DNA of 64,000 nt, taken from assembly GCA_963667785.2 (NCBI GenBank), contig CAXXMU010000002.1:64001-128000 (forward strand), given 5' to 3'. The translations under genes and the position numbers were made by a program. This document shows positions 40,418-50,615 of this stretch, one piece after another. The notes below the pieces were generated by a model. It did no database searches. It worked only from the letters and a program-made list of their open reading frames with translations, and had not been told where the DNA came from. Numbering within the stretch: the stretch's first letter is position 1; every line of letters starts with the position of its first letter. Source of the DNA: Alphaproteobacteria bacterium. Lineage in GTDB: Bacteria > Pseudomonadota > Alphaproteobacteria > UBA828.

Positions 40418-40993
40418 TCAGCCGCGCAGCCAGGTCTCGGACCAGGCGAGGCAGCAGGAAGACGCCGCGCGCCCGAACATGACGTTCTCGTAAGCCCCGC
40501 CCTGGGCGCGCGTTCCCGCCACCTCGAGCGTGGCGGTGCGGCACGGCGTGAGGCAGCTGTAAACGGCCCACGGGCCCGTGTCGTCGTTGTCGGGCGGCAG
40601 CGTGAGCATGAAGGGCTCGCCCATGTCCGACCAGCTCAGCTCGATGCGGCCGTCGGCGGAATCGACGATCTCGCGATAGCCGGAGCGGAAGGCGCCCTCG
40701 CGCGAGAACGCGGCCTCGGCCACGGGCAGGGACGTGTCGGCGAAGGGCGGGTTCAGGATCGCCTCCAGCTCGCTCTGCAGCCAGCGCGCCAGGCTCTCGT
40801 TGTCGGCGTAGAGCCTGACCTCGCCGCCGGTGGCGTCCGAGCGGATGAAGAGGCAGGTGCCGGGGCCGCCCGGCGAGATCAGCGCGCGCCAGTGGGCGCA
40901 GACGGTGGTCTCCGGCCCGTCGGCCTCGGTCTTGAGCCGCAGGAAGGAGTTCTCCCCGGTGAAGTGAACCTGGTTCGGATCGATGGCGGGCAT
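40418..40993 (-). CDS. hypothetical protein
   Basis: Host-like codon usage, RBS GAGGGAG, in operon between neighbours; TGEN and AWSETW look like conserved motifs. Confidence 0.75.
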   Translation of the reverse strand: MPAIDPNQVHFTGENSFLRLKTEADGPETTVCAHWRALISPGGPGTCLFIRSDATGGEVRLYADNESLARWLQSELEAILNPPFADTSLPVAEAAFSREGAFRSGYREIVDSADGRIELSWSDMGEPFMLTLPPDNDDTGPWAVYSCLTPCRTATLEVAGTRAQGGAYENVMFGRAASSCCLAWSETWLRG

Positions 40994-41050
40994 GTCGGCT
41001 CTCCCTCTGTGGTGCGATGCCCGGACGGGCGGTGCATGCAGCTTACAGCG

Positions 41051-41818
41051 TCAGGCGCCGGAGCGACGCCTGAGCCTCTCGGCCCCGGCGCGCAGTCGGG
41101 CCTGCGCCTCCTCGCCGTGCCAGATGTCGACCTGGCGGGCGATGCGGGACGGCATCTGCTCCCGCAGGTCGGCGCAGAACTTCCCGAGCCGCATGCGCTT
41201 CGATTCCGCGAACGCGTCCGGCGCGAGGTCGCGCAGGAACAGCAGGCGCTCCCACGCCATCCGCTCGATCTCCGCCTTCGGCCCGACCTCGTGCACGAGG
41301 TTGAGGGCGCGCCCCTCCTCGGCGCGGACGAGCCTGCCGGTGTAGATCAGGTCGGAGGCGACGTGGTCGCCGGCGACGAAGCGCAGGAGCTGGTCGCCGT
41401 AATAGGGGTTGGGCACGCCGAGCAGGACCTCCGGCTTGCCGATGAGCACGCGGCCGCTCGCGGCGTAGCGATAGTCGGACGCGAGCAGGATCGCCATGCC
41501 GCCGCCGATGGCGTGGCCCCTGATGGCGCCGACGACCGGCAGCGGCGATTCCAGCAGGGCCAGGACGAGGTGCGCGAGCTCGTGGAACATCTCCCCGATC
41601 TCGGCACGGGAGCAGGCCAGCGCCCAGTCGAGATCGAGGCCGTTGCAGAAGAACTTCTCGCCGCCGCAGAGCATCATGCCCCGGCTCTCGCGCCCGGCGT
41701 CGGCCACGGCGGTCGCGAGGTCGCGGATGACGGCGGTGGTGAGCGCGTTGGTGGCGTCGCCGCAGGTGATACGGATACGCACGCAGCCGTCCTCCTGCTC
41801 GCACCGGGTGTTGGTCAC
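41051..41818 (-). CDS. enoyl-CoA hydratase/isomerase family protein
   Basis: FCNGLDL, GHAIGGG, PEVLLG crotonase motifs. Confidence 0.9.
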   Translation of the reverse strand: MTNTRCEQEDGCVRIRITCGDATNALTTAVIRDLATAVADAGRESRGMMLCGGEKFFCNGLDLDWALACSRAEIGEMFHELAHLVLALLESPLPVVGAIRGHAIGGGMAILLASDYRYAASGRVLIGKPEVLLGVPNPYYGDQLLRFVAGDHVASDLIYTGRLVRAEEGRALNLVHEVGPKAEIERMAWERLLFLRDLAPDAFAESKRMRLGKFCADLREQMPSRIARQVDIWHGEEAQARLRAGAERLRRRSGA

Positions 41819-41957
41819 GCCGTCCTCCCCTCTTGCGCCGCGAGCGCCGCGTGAGCGCCGGTCATTTCGGTCCTCGCCTCTTTATGCGATACCCGGAGCT
41901 TATGACCGCAGGCGCCTGCCGGGAAAGGCCGCTGGCGCTCATGGCAAGGAGGGCGGC

Positions 41958-42998
41958 ATGACGGGCAATCACGTCGATCTGAGGAGTGACACGGTGACTC
42001 GGCCGACGCCGGCCATGCGCCAGTCCATGGCCGAGGCCGAGGTCGGCGACGAGCAGCGCGGCGAGGACCCCACCGTCAACGCGCTCCAAGCCCGGGTCGC
42101 GGGGCTGCTGGGCAAGGAGGCGGCGGTCCTCCTCCCCTCCGGCACCATGTGCAACGAGATCGCGCTGCTGGTCCATTGCCGCCCCGGCGACGAGGTGATC
42201 TGCGACCGCACGGCGCACATCATCACCGCCGAGGGCGGCGGCCCGGCGGCGCTCGCCGGCGCCATGGTGCGCGCGCTCGACGGCGAGGGCGGGGTCTATT
42301 CGCCCGACCAGCTCGCCGATGCGGTCCGCCCGGCGAGCCGCTATGCGCCGCGGTCCAGGCTCGCGGTCGTGGAGCAGACCTCGAACCAGGGCGGCGGCAC
42401 GATCTGGCCCGCAGACGCCATCGAGGCGGTGGGCGAGGCGGCGAAGGCGCACGGGCTGCTGCTCCACATGGACGGCGCCCGGCTGATGAACGCCGTCGTC
42501 GAGACGGGCGTGGACGCCGCCCGCTACGCCGCCCCTTTCGAGTCACTCTGGATCGACTTCAGCAAGGGGCTGGGCTGCCCGGTCGGCGCCGTCCTCGCCG
42601 GCTCGGCCGAGTTCATCGAGGCCGCGTGGCAGTGGAAGCAGCGCCTCGGCGGCGCCATGCGCCAGTCAGGCATTCTCGCGGCCGCCGCGCTCCACGCGCT
42701 CGACCACCACGTCGACCGCCTCGCCGAGGACCACGCCAACGCCCGCCGCCTCGCCGCTGCGGTGGGCGCCGTGCCGCAGCTCTCGCTCGATCAGCCGCGC
42801 GTCGACAGCAACCTGGTCTTCTTCGATTGCGCCGGCACCGGCCTCAGCGCCGCGACTCTCTCCGAGGCGCTCCGGGCGAAGGGCGTGCTGATCGGCGCCA
42901 TGGGCGCCCACCGCCTGCGCGCGGTGACGCACCTGGATGTGGACGCCGCCGCCGTCGACACGGCGGGCGAGGCGCTCGGCGCGGTGGTCGGCGGGTAG
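41958..42998 (+). CDS. ltaE: low-specificity L-threonine aldolase
   Basis: DLRSDTVT, PSGTMCN, HMDGARL, FSKGLG, GGAMRQSG. Confidence 0.9.
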   Translation: MTGNHVDLRSDTVTRPTPAMRQSMAEAEVGDEQRGEDPTVNALQARVAGLLGKEAAVLLPSGTMCNEIALLVHCRPGDEVICDRTAHIITAEGGGPAALAGAMVRALDGEGGVYSPDQLADAVRPASRYAPRSRLAVVEQTSNQGGGTIWPADAIEAVGEAAKAHGLLLHMDGARLMNAVVETGVDAARYAAPFESLWIDFSKGLGCPVGAVLAGSAEFIEAAWQWKQRLGGAMRQSGILAAAALHALDHHVDRLAEDHANARRLAAAVGAVPQLSLDQPRVDSNLVFFDCAGTGLSAATLSEALRAKGVLIGAMGAHRLRAVTHLDVDAAAVDTAGEALGAVVGG

Positions 42999-43025
42999 GG
43001 GAGGGCGGGGGCCGAGTTGCGCGGC

Positions 43026-43664
43026 TCAGCGTAGGTAGAGCTGCAGGTACTGGCGGATCGCCGCGTCCTGGCTGGCGTTGTAGTCGCGAATCAGGTCGTC
43101 GACGATCTCGGCATACTGCCGTTCCCGCTCGGTGAGCGAGATGCCCTCGGGCAGCGTGCGGGAGCGCCGCGCGTCGGCGATGGCGCTGCCGCGCACCTGG
43201 CCTGTACCGTCGATCGCCTCGATGGTGACGCGCAGCCGCACCTCCACCCGCTCGTTCTGCTCACGGGTGAACAGGTCCTCGATGTCGGTGTTGGTCGCGA
43301 GCGGCGTGGCCCTGGCGCTGGCCTCGTCGATGGTGACGCGCAGTAGGCCGTCGATCCCGTCGGCCCGCAGCCGCTCCTCCGCCCAGAGCCTCACGGCGAC
43401 CGCAGGCGACGTGGGGAAGAGATGGTCCACGTCGGTCGCGTGCGGTGCCGCGGAGGGAGCGACGATCTCGATCCGGCCGAGGTCGAACACCAGGGGCGGC
43501 AGATGGGCGAATGACGGCGGCGCGCGCTCGGGAGTCTTCGGCAGCGTGATCTCGCAGCCGGCGGCGGCGATCGCCACGACGACCAGCAGGGTGCCGGCGC
43601 GAGCCGCCCGGATCGCCCCGCCGCGCACCATCGAAAGCCGTTCCCGCACTGCCGTGCCGTTCAT
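43026..43664 (-). CDS. hypothetical lipoprotein
   Basis: Hydrophobic stretch ending in AAAGC lipobox; RBS GGAGG; start uncertain. Confidence 0.7.
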   Translation of the reverse strand: MNGTAVRERLSMVRGGAIRAARAGTLLVVVAIAAAGCEITLPKTPERAPPSFAHLPPLVFDLGRIEIVAPSAAPHATDVDHLFPTSPAVAVRLWAEERLRADGIDGLLRVTIDEASARATPLATNTDIEDLFTREQNERVEVRLRVTIEAIDGTGQVRGSAIADARRSRTLPEGISLTERERQYAEIVDDLIRDYNASQDAAIRQYLQLYLR

Positions 43665-43831
43665 GCCGAGCCTCCGTGACCGCAGCGTCCCATCCCGTGC
43701 GCGCCTGCGTAGTCGACGACTCGGGCCGTCGTCAAAGGTGCGCACGGGCCCCTCGCGATTCAAGGGGCGAGGATTGGCCCGGCGGCCGCCCGCTGCGCTA
43801 CACTCGCCGGGCCGGTAAGGAGAGGCGGGCC

Positions 43832-44635
43832 ATGATGCCGACGCAAGCCGAGATCGACGCCTATCGCAGCGACGGCGTGGTCTGCCTGCGGGGCGTGATC
43901 GACTGCGACTGGATCGAGCGCCTGCGGGAGGGCGTCGCCGCCGACATGGCCGCGCCCGGCCCCCACGTCGAGATCTACACGACGGAGGCGGACCCCGGCC
44001 TCTTCTTCAACGATTTCGACCTCTGGCGCCACGTGCCGCAGATGAGGGACTTCGCGCTCGAGGGGCCCCTCGCCGCGATCGCCGCCGCGCTCTCGGGCTC
44101 GTCGCGGATCACCTTCTTCTACGACCAGGTGTTCGTGAAGGAGCCGGGCACCGAAGGCCTCACCCGCTGGCACCAGGATCAGCCCTACATGGCGGTGGAC
44201 GGAGACCAGCTCTGCTCCAACTGGATTCCGCTGGACCCGATCACGCCGGAAACGACGCTCGAGTTCGTGCGCGGTTCGCATCGCTGGGGGCGCTGGTTCG
44301 CGCCTTTCGACAGCATGCTGGACGGCAGCCGCCATCCGAGCGCCACGTTCGAGCGCTGCCCGGACATCGAGGCCGCGCGCGGCGACTACGACATCGTCTC
44401 GTGGGAGCTGGAGCCGGGGGACTGCATCTTCTTCCAGGGGCTGGTGGTGCACCAGGGCCGCAACAACCCGACGCAGGATCTGCGCCGCCGCACGCTCACC
44501 CACCGCTGGCTCGGCGACGACGTGCGCTTCATCCTGCGCGACCCGCCCGCCGAGTTCCCCAAGCACCCGACGGCGCTCGCGACCGGCGAGCCCTTCCACG
44601 CGGACCCGCAGTTCCCGGTCGTCTGGCGGGCGTGA
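43832..44635 (+). CDS. phytanoyl-CoA dioxygenase (PhyH) family Fe/2OG oxygenase
   Basis: WHQD, WIPLD, GSH, PGDCIFF..H motifs. Confidence 0.9.
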   Translation: MMPTQAEIDAYRSDGVVCLRGVIDCDWIERLREGVAADMAAPGPHVEIYTTEADPGLFFNDFDLWRHVPQMRDFALEGPLAAIAAALSGSSRITFFYDQVFVKEPGTEGLTRWHQDQPYMAVDGDQLCSNWIPLDPITPETTLEFVRGSHRWGRWFAPFDSMLDGSRHPSATFERCPDIEAARGDYDIVSWELEPGDCIFFQGLVVHQGRNNPTQDLRRRTLTHRWLGDDVRFILRDPPAEFPKHPTALATGEPFHADPQFPVVWRA

Positions 44636-44711
44636 GCGCGGCCACGCTTTTCCGCCGCCGCTCCATCTGCTAGGGACGGCCGACTGATCGGGCCGGGCGA
44701 GGGAGCGGGCG

Positions 44712-45383
44712 ATGAGCGGCGAGAACGGCGGCGAGCTGGTCCTGGTGCACACGGTGGCGGCGCTCGCCGATCTCTTCGACGGATTGCGCGACGAGATCGA
44801 CCCGGACGTGCCCGTCCGTCACGTCGTCGAGGCGGCATTGCTCACGGACGCGATCGAGGCGGGCGGGCTCACCGACGAGATCAGGGCGCGCACCCGCACG
44901 GCGCTGCTGGAAGCGAGCGTCGGCGCGCGCCTCGTGCTCTGCACCTGCTCGACCGTGGGCCCCGGCGCCGACGATGCCGCGGCGCAGGCGCGCGTGCCGA
45001 TCCTCCGCGTCGACAGGCCCATGGCCGAGGCGGCGGTGGCGGCGGGCCGGCGCATCACCGTGGTCGCGACGCTGGCGACCACCATCGGGCCCACCGCCGA
45101 TCTGGTGGCGGATGCCGCGCGGCGCGCCGACAGGCAGGTGGAAATCTCTTCGGTCGTCTTCGCCGAGGCCCGCGCCCGGCTGGTGGCAGGCGACGCGGAG
45201 GCGCATCACCGGATCATCGCCGACGGTCTGCACGACGCGGCGGCCGGCGCCGACGCCATCGTGCTCGCCCAGGCCTCCATGACGCCTGCGCTTGCCCACT
45301 GCGCCGATATCCGGGTGCCGCTGCTGACCAGCCCGCGCTCCGGCCTCGAGGCCGCCATCGCGCGCTGGCGCTCGGCCGCATAG
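44712..45383 (+). CDS. Asp/Glu/hydantoin racemase-like protein
   Basis: LVHT, CTCST, RVDRPMA, VLAQASM, SP motifs. Confidence 0.8.
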   Translation: MSGENGGELVLVHTVAALADLFDGLRDEIDPDVPVRHVVEAALLTDAIEAGGLTDEIRARTRTALLEASVGARLVLCTCSTVGPGADDAAAQARVPILRVDRPMAEAAVAAGRRITVVATLATTIGPTADLVADAARRADRQVEISSVVFAEARARLVAGDAEAHHRIIADGLHDAAAGADAIVLAQASMTPALAHCADIRVPLLTSPRSGLEAAIARWRSAA

Positions 45384-45407
45384 CCGCGCGGGAGAGGGGA
45401 GCGCGCG

Positions 45408-45887
45408 ATGCCGGCGGCCAAGACGCTCTACCTGGCGAACCCCTACGGTTTCTCCGCCCAGCAGAACGCGGGCCCGCTGCGGGCGCTGGTCGCAGCACTG
45501 GAGGCGCTCGGCGCCGAGGTGTGGGAGCCCTTCGCCCGCAACAACCAGATCGACAAGGCGGCGGCCGGCTGGGCCTACAAGATCGGCCAGGCGGACCTCC
45601 GCGACGTGCGCGATGCCGACGGCATCTTCGCGGTGGTGAACGGCTGCCCGCCGGACGAAGGCGTGATGGTGGAGCTCGGCATGGCGATCGCCTGGGAGAA
45701 GCCGGTGTTCCTGTTCCGCGACGACTTTCGCCGCTGCACCGACAGCGAGGCCTATCCGCTCAACCTGATGGTCTTCACCGGCCTGCCGGAGTCGGGCTGG
45801 GAGGCCTACTGGTACGCGTCGGTGGACGAGCTCGCCGATCCCGAGAAGGCGCTCGTCCGCTGGCTGAGGGACGCCGCGCCGGCCTGA
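45408..45887 (+). CDS. nucleoside 2-deoxyribosyltransferase family protein
   Basis: YLANPYGF, DEGVMVELGMA, KPVF, NLM. Confidence 0.88.
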   Translation: MPAAKTLYLANPYGFSAQQNAGPLRALVAALEALGAEVWEPFARNNQIDKAAAGWAYKIGQADLRDVRDADGIFAVVNGCPPDEGVMVELGMAIAWEKPVFLFRDDFRRCTDSEAYPLNLMVFTGLPESGWEAYWYASVDELADPEKALVRWLRDAAPA

Positions 45888-45899
45888 GAGCCCGCCCTC

Positions 45900-46343
45900 C
45901 TACTCCACGCGAGTCCAGGTCTCGGTCTTGCAGATGAAGAAGACGCAGCCGCTCACCTCCACGGTGTTCGCGTCTATGACCTCGACTTCGCCGCTGTAGG
46001 TCTCGCCGTCCCTGGCATTGTAGATATCGCCGTCGTCCCACTCGCCGTCGCCCTGGTCCTCCAGATCCCACAGCACCTGGATGCCGAGGAGCGGCCGGTC
46101 GCGAAGCGATTCGTCGTCGTTGTGAACGTCGCGCCGCGGCTTGCCGTCGTCGCCGAGCGCTCTCTTGAGCCAGACGATCTCCCCGCAAAGCTCCCCGTCG
46201 TCGCAGGGATAGAGCTTCACGTGCGCATCCTGCCGCCCGTTGAGCCAGACGCCCCAGGGCTCTGCCGCCAGCGCGCCGCCTGCCGAGCCCGCAACCATCA
46301 GGGCGGCGACCGCAGCGCCGCATATCGCATTCCGTGTCTTCAT
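45900..46343 (-). CDS. DUF2147 family secreted protein
   Basis: Signal peptide; G.W, LCGEIVW, D..N....R.RPLLG, G.IYN..DG.TY. Confidence 0.85.
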   Translation of the reverse strand: MKTRNAICGAAVAALMVAGSAGGALAAEPWGVWLNGRQDAHVKLYPCDDGELCGEIVWLKRALGDDGKPRRDVHNDDESLRDRPLLGIQVLWDLEDQGDGEWDDGDIYNARDGETYSGEVEVIDANTVEVSGCVFFICKTETWTRVE

Positions 46344-46530
46344 GAGTGCCAGCCTCCCCGTCGCCCGCGCCGGCCGCCTGCGGTGCTCCCGATAGCCGGG
46401 CCGGCGGGTCCGATACGACGCTGGCACCCTCCCGCCCAGCCTGTCAAGACGGGGCCGGCCTCTGGAGCCGGCATGGCCTCTGGCGCTCGGGCCGCGGTAC
46501 CGTGGCGCGTACCGAAGCCCGGAGGGTTCC

Positions 46531-47838
46531 ATGCCGAGCGATGTGCTGACGGCGGATTTCAGGGAGACGCCGTACTGGTGGGACCTGGCGCCAAGGCCCG
46601 ACATCGGCGACGAGAGGCCGCCGGCCGAGGCGGAGGTGGCGATCGTGGGCGCCGGCAATGTCGGCCTCTCGGCGGCGCTGACGCTCGCCCGCCGGGGCGC
46701 GGACGTGGTGGTCCTCGATGCCGAGGCCGCCGGCCACGGCGCCAGCACGCGCAACGCCGGCTATCTCGGCCGCCAAGTCTGGCACAAGTACGGCGACATG
46801 GTGCCGAAGCTCGGGCGCGAGCGGGCGGCGGAGGTCTGCCGCGCGGCGGTCGCCGCCCACGACTATGCCGCCTCCCTGATCGAGAGGGAGCAGATCGCCT
46901 GCTTCTACCGCAACACCGGCCGCTTCATCGCTGCGCCCTCGAAGCGCGTGTTCGACGGGCTCGCGCGCGACCTCGCCATGATGCGGGAGGACGGCGTCCT
47001 GGTGGATGCCGAGATGGTCGAGCCGGCGGCAGCGCCGCCCGCCTACCGCGACGGGTACTATCACGGCGGCCAGATCCTGCGCGGCAACGGCACGATCCAC
47101 GCCGGGCTCTACCATGCGGGGCTGCTGGAGCGTGCCTCCCGCGACGGCGCGCGCATCATCGGCCACTGCCCGGTGCAGGCCATCGAGCGGACAGGCGGCG
47201 GCTTTCGCGTGGCGACGCCGCGCGGCACTGTGCGGGCGGGCCACGTGATCGTCGCGACCAACGGCTACACGCCGAAGGCCGCGCACTGGCTGCGGCGGCG
47301 CGTGGTGCCGGTCGATGCCTTCATGATCGCGACCGAGCCGCTGCCCCCGGAGCGGATCGAGCATATCGCGCCGGCCGGCCGGCCCATGGTCGAGCACCGT
47401 TACTCGCCCTGCTGGATCAGGCCCAACGAGGACGGCACGCGCATCCTCTTCGGCGGGCTCAGCGCCGAGCCGCCCGCCGACCTCGCGCGCAAGGCGCGCA
47501 GCCTGCGCGACGTCATGGTGCGGATCGTGCCGGCGCTGGACGGTGTGAAGATCAGCCATTGCTGGACCGGGAAGACCGCCTTAACCTTCGACATGATGCC
47601 CCATACCGGGAGCCACGACGGCGTCGAGTACGCCATGGGCTGGTGCGGCTCCGGCGTGCCGATGGGGACCTTCCTCGGCCACAAGACCGCGCTCCGGGTG
47701 CTCGGCGACCCGGATGCCGCATCCGCCTTCGACGGACGGCCCTTCCCGAGCATGCCGTTCTACACCGGCCGCCCCTGGTTCCTGCCGCTCGCGGTGGCCT
47801 GGAACAAGCGCAAGGACCGCAGGCTGTTTAAGGGGTAG
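46531..47838 (+). CDS. FAD-dependent oxidoreductase (DadA/PuuB-like)
   Basis: IVGAGNVG, GASTRNAG, ATNGY, ATEPL, WTG, GWCGSGV. Confidence 0.9.
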   Translation: MPSDVLTADFRETPYWWDLAPRPDIGDERPPAEAEVAIVGAGNVGLSAALTLARRGADVVVLDAEAAGHGASTRNAGYLGRQVWHKYGDMVPKLGRERAAEVCRAAVAAHDYAASLIEREQIACFYRNTGRFIAAPSKRVFDGLARDLAMMREDGVLVDAEMVEPAAAPPAYRDGYYHGGQILRGNGTIHAGLYHAGLLERASRDGARIIGHCPVQAIERTGGGFRVATPRGTVRAGHVIVATNGYTPKAAHWLRRRVVPVDAFMIATEPLPPERIEHIAPAGRPMVEHRYSPCWIRPNEDGTRILFGGLSAEPPADLARKARSLRDVMVRIVPALDGVKISHCWTGKTALTFDMMPHTGSHDGVEYAMGWCGSGVPMGTFLGHKTALRVLGDPDAASAFDGRPFPSMPFYTGRPWFLPLAVAWNKRKDRRLFKG

Positions 47839-47901
47839 ACTCCGGGTCCCCTCATCCGCGCGCGGCGGCCGCACCGCCGGAACAGCCCACGTACATCCAC
47901 C

Positions 47902-48531
47902 ATGAGCGACGATACAGCCCCGCCCGCGGCGAGAGGGAAGCGCCGGCTCGTCCGTCGCATCTACGACTGGGCGCTGGAGAGCGCCGGCACGCGGCGCGCC
48001 GTCTGGGTGCTGGCGGGGCTCTGCTACCTGCAGAGCCTCTTCCTGCCGGTGCCGCCGGACCTGCTGCTCATCCCGATGGTGCTGGCGAAGCGGGCGAAGG
48101 CGTGGCTCTTCGCCGGCATTGCCACCGTCTCGTCGGTCGGCGGCGGCGTCACCGGCTGGATGATCGGCTACTTCCTCTACGACTGGCTGGGCGAGCCCCT
48201 CCTCGCCATCTCCGGCCACTCCGGCGACCTCACGGCGTTCTACGAATACAGGGACAGGTGGGGCGCCTGGATCGTCGCCGCCGGCGCGCTGACGCCCTTT
48301 CCCTACAAGCTGGTCGCCATCGCCAGCGGCGCCGCCCACCTCGACATCGGCGCCTTCATCCTGGCGTCGCTCGCCGCCAGGGGTATGCGCTTCTACGTCG
48401 AGGCGGGATTGCTCTGGTATCTGGGGCCCAAGGCGCGGCGGCTGATCGAGCACCGCTACGGCGCGGCGCTGGTGATCGGCGTGGCCGCCGCCACCCTTGC
48501 GGTCCTGGTGCTCATCCCGTTCGTCATCTGA
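47902..48531 (+). CDS. YqaA/DedA family membrane protein
   Basis: FLPVPPD, SVGGG, TPFPYK, RGMRF. Confidence 0.88.
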   Translation: MSDDTAPPAARGKRRLVRRIYDWALESAGTRRAVWVLAGLCYLQSLFLPVPPDLLLIPMVLAKRAKAWLFAGIATVSSVGGGVTGWMIGYFLYDWLGEPLLAISGHSGDLTAFYEYRDRWGAWIVAAGALTPFPYKLVAIASGAAHLDIGAFILASLAARGMRFYVEAGLLWYLGPKARRLIEHRYGAALVIGVAAATLAVLVLIPFVI

Positions 48532-48570
48532 GCGGACGGCGCCGCCGCGGCTACCCGCTTCCGCCCCGGA

Positions 48571-49531
48571 CTATTCCGCCGAGGCCCCGAGCAGCGCCTT
48601 GACCACCGCCGCGGCGTTGCCGGCGGCGAGGCCGAGGAAGGCCTCCATCTGGTTCGCTCCCTCGCCGCCGCCGGCGAGGTCGGCGAGGCTGCGGACGGCG
48701 ATGAACGGCACGTCGTTGGCGAAGGCCACATGGGCGACGGCGGCGCTCTCCATGTCCAGCACCCGGGCGCCGAAGGTCTCGAAGGCCCAGGTGCGGAAGG
48801 CCGCGTTGTCGACGAAGGCGCCGCCGGAGACGCCGGGGCCGCCGACGACGATCCTGGGCGTCCGCTCGAGGCAGCGACCGTCGGCCGTGCACCGCGCCAG
48901 CGTCACGTCGGCCGTTGCGCTGCGCGCGCCCGCCAGCAGCGCCTCCTCCACGGGGAACCAGAACCGGGTCTCCGGCGCGTCGGCGCCGGCGCGCAGCACG
49001 GTGACCGAGCGCGGGAACATCATGCCGAAGTTCGCGTAGGGGTATTCCGAAGAAAGGCATCGTCGCCCAGCCGCCGTCGACCTCCCGGGCGAAGAGCATT
49101 TCCAGGTACTGCCCCCAGCGGTCGGCGATCACGACATCGCCGATGTTCAGCGCCGGGTCCACGCCGCCCGCGATGCCCGAGAAGACGATGCGCTCGATGG
49201 CGAAGTGATCCAGCGCGAGCTGCACGGTCATCGCCGCGTTGACGACGCTGATCCCGCTCAGGAAGAGCACGACCCCCTGTCCCTCCAGGGTGCCGACGGC
49301 GAACTCGACGCCGTTGACTCGTTGCACGGACGAATCCTCCAGCTCCTGCTTGAGGATCGCCATCTCCGGGGCGAAGGCGGAGACCACGGCGATGCGGGGG
49401 ATCGCGTCGCGCTGGTCGTGCGCCTCCGCCGGGGCCGGTGCGGCGAGGGCCAGCAGCAGCGCGGCGGCGAGGGCTACCGCCAGTTTCCGAAGGAAGACGC
49501 TGCGTGGGCTCGGGCCAAGGTGCGTCATCAT
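48571..49531 (-). pseudogene. 5'-MTA/SAH nucleosidase family protein with signal peptide, +1 frameshift at ~49047
   Basis: VSAFAPE, SGISVVNAA, FSGIAGG in one frame; DMESAAVAHV, RSLADLAGG in the next; removing one G restores PFFEYPYANFGMMFP. Confidence 0.8.
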
Positions 49532-49628
49532 GGTGTCCTCCGCGTCAGGGCGATGTCGTTCGGGCAGCGTGACGATGCGCCGCGCCGCTGTCACCCTGTC
49601 GCTGCCAGCACGAGCGCCCGAGGCCGGA

Positions 49629-50615
49629 ATGCCCCTCTTCCACACCCACGTCGTCGTCGACTGGTCGGCGCGGTCGAGGCCGAGTCCCGAGACGCCCACG
49701 AGGGACGCGATCTGGTGGGCTGTCGCCCGGGTTACCCGGCGCGGCATCAGGGTGAGGAAGCCGGAATACGCCCGAACCCGTCACGAGGCGCTCGACCGTC
49801 TCGCCGACCTGATCGCGGGCGAACTCGACGCCGGCAGGCGGGTGCTGGCGGGATTCGACTTCCCCTTCGGCTATCCGGCAGGCGTCGCGAAGCACCTGAC
49901 GGGCCGGGCGTCTGCGCTCGCGCTCTGGGCGTGGCTTGCGGCCCGCATCGAGGACGGCTCCGACAACGCCAACAACCGCTACGACGTGGCGGCCGCGATC
50001 AACGCCGCCTATCCGGGCCTCGGCCCGTTCTGGGGCCGCCCGGGCACATGGGACTACCGGACGATTCCGGTGCGCGCCTCGGCGCGTACGCGGCAGGGGA
50101 GTCATCCGAGTGAACGCCGCATCGCCGACCACCGTGCGCGCGGGGCCAAGACGGTGTGGCAGCTCGCCTATGCCGGCTCGGTCGGCTCCCAGATGCTGCT
50201 GGGCCTGCCGGCACTGAAGCGCCTGACGGAAGACCCGCGCATCGCCGGCCGCACCAAGGTCTGGCCCTTCGAGACCGATCTGCGACCGCCCACCGCATTG
50301 GCCGTGATCGCCGAGGTCTACCCGTCGCTCCTCAGGGCGGAGGTCCGCGCGCGGCGGCGCGACGGCGAGATCCTCGATCGCGCCCAGGTGCGGGTGAACG
50401 CCGAGGCCTTCGCCCGTCTGGATGCCGGCGGCGGGCTCGCGCCCCTCTTCGCTGGCGCGCCCGGCCTTACGCCCGAAGAGCGTCACCTCGTCGAGACCGA
50501 GGAAGCCTGGATCCTCGGCCTCGGCCACGAGGCGGTGCTGAAGGGTGCGCTCCCGCCGCCCCGACCGGCACATCTCAGGCCGGTTGCGACGCCTCTCCCG
50601 CGCTGCAAACGGTGA
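49629..50615 (+). CDS. DUF429-like RNase H-fold protein
   Basis: VVVDWSA, AGFDFPFGYP, GSVGSQ, VWPFE, EVYP, EGW-like EEAWIL. Confidence 0.7.
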   Translation: MPLFHTHVVVDWSARSRPSPETPTRDAIWWAVARVTRRGIRVRKPEYARTRHEALDRLADLIAGELDAGRRVLAGFDFPFGYPAGVAKHLTGRASALALWAWLAARIEDGSDNANNRYDVAAAINAAYPGLGPFWGRPGTWDYRTIPVRASARTRQGSHPSERRIADHRARGAKTVWQLAYAGSVGSQMLLGLPALKRLTEDPRIAGRTKVWPFETDLRPPTALAVIAEVYPSLLRAEVRARRRDGEILDRAQVRVNAEAFARLDAGGGLAPLFAGAPGLTPEERHLVETEEAWILGLGHEAVLKGALPPPRPAHLRPVATPLPRCKR

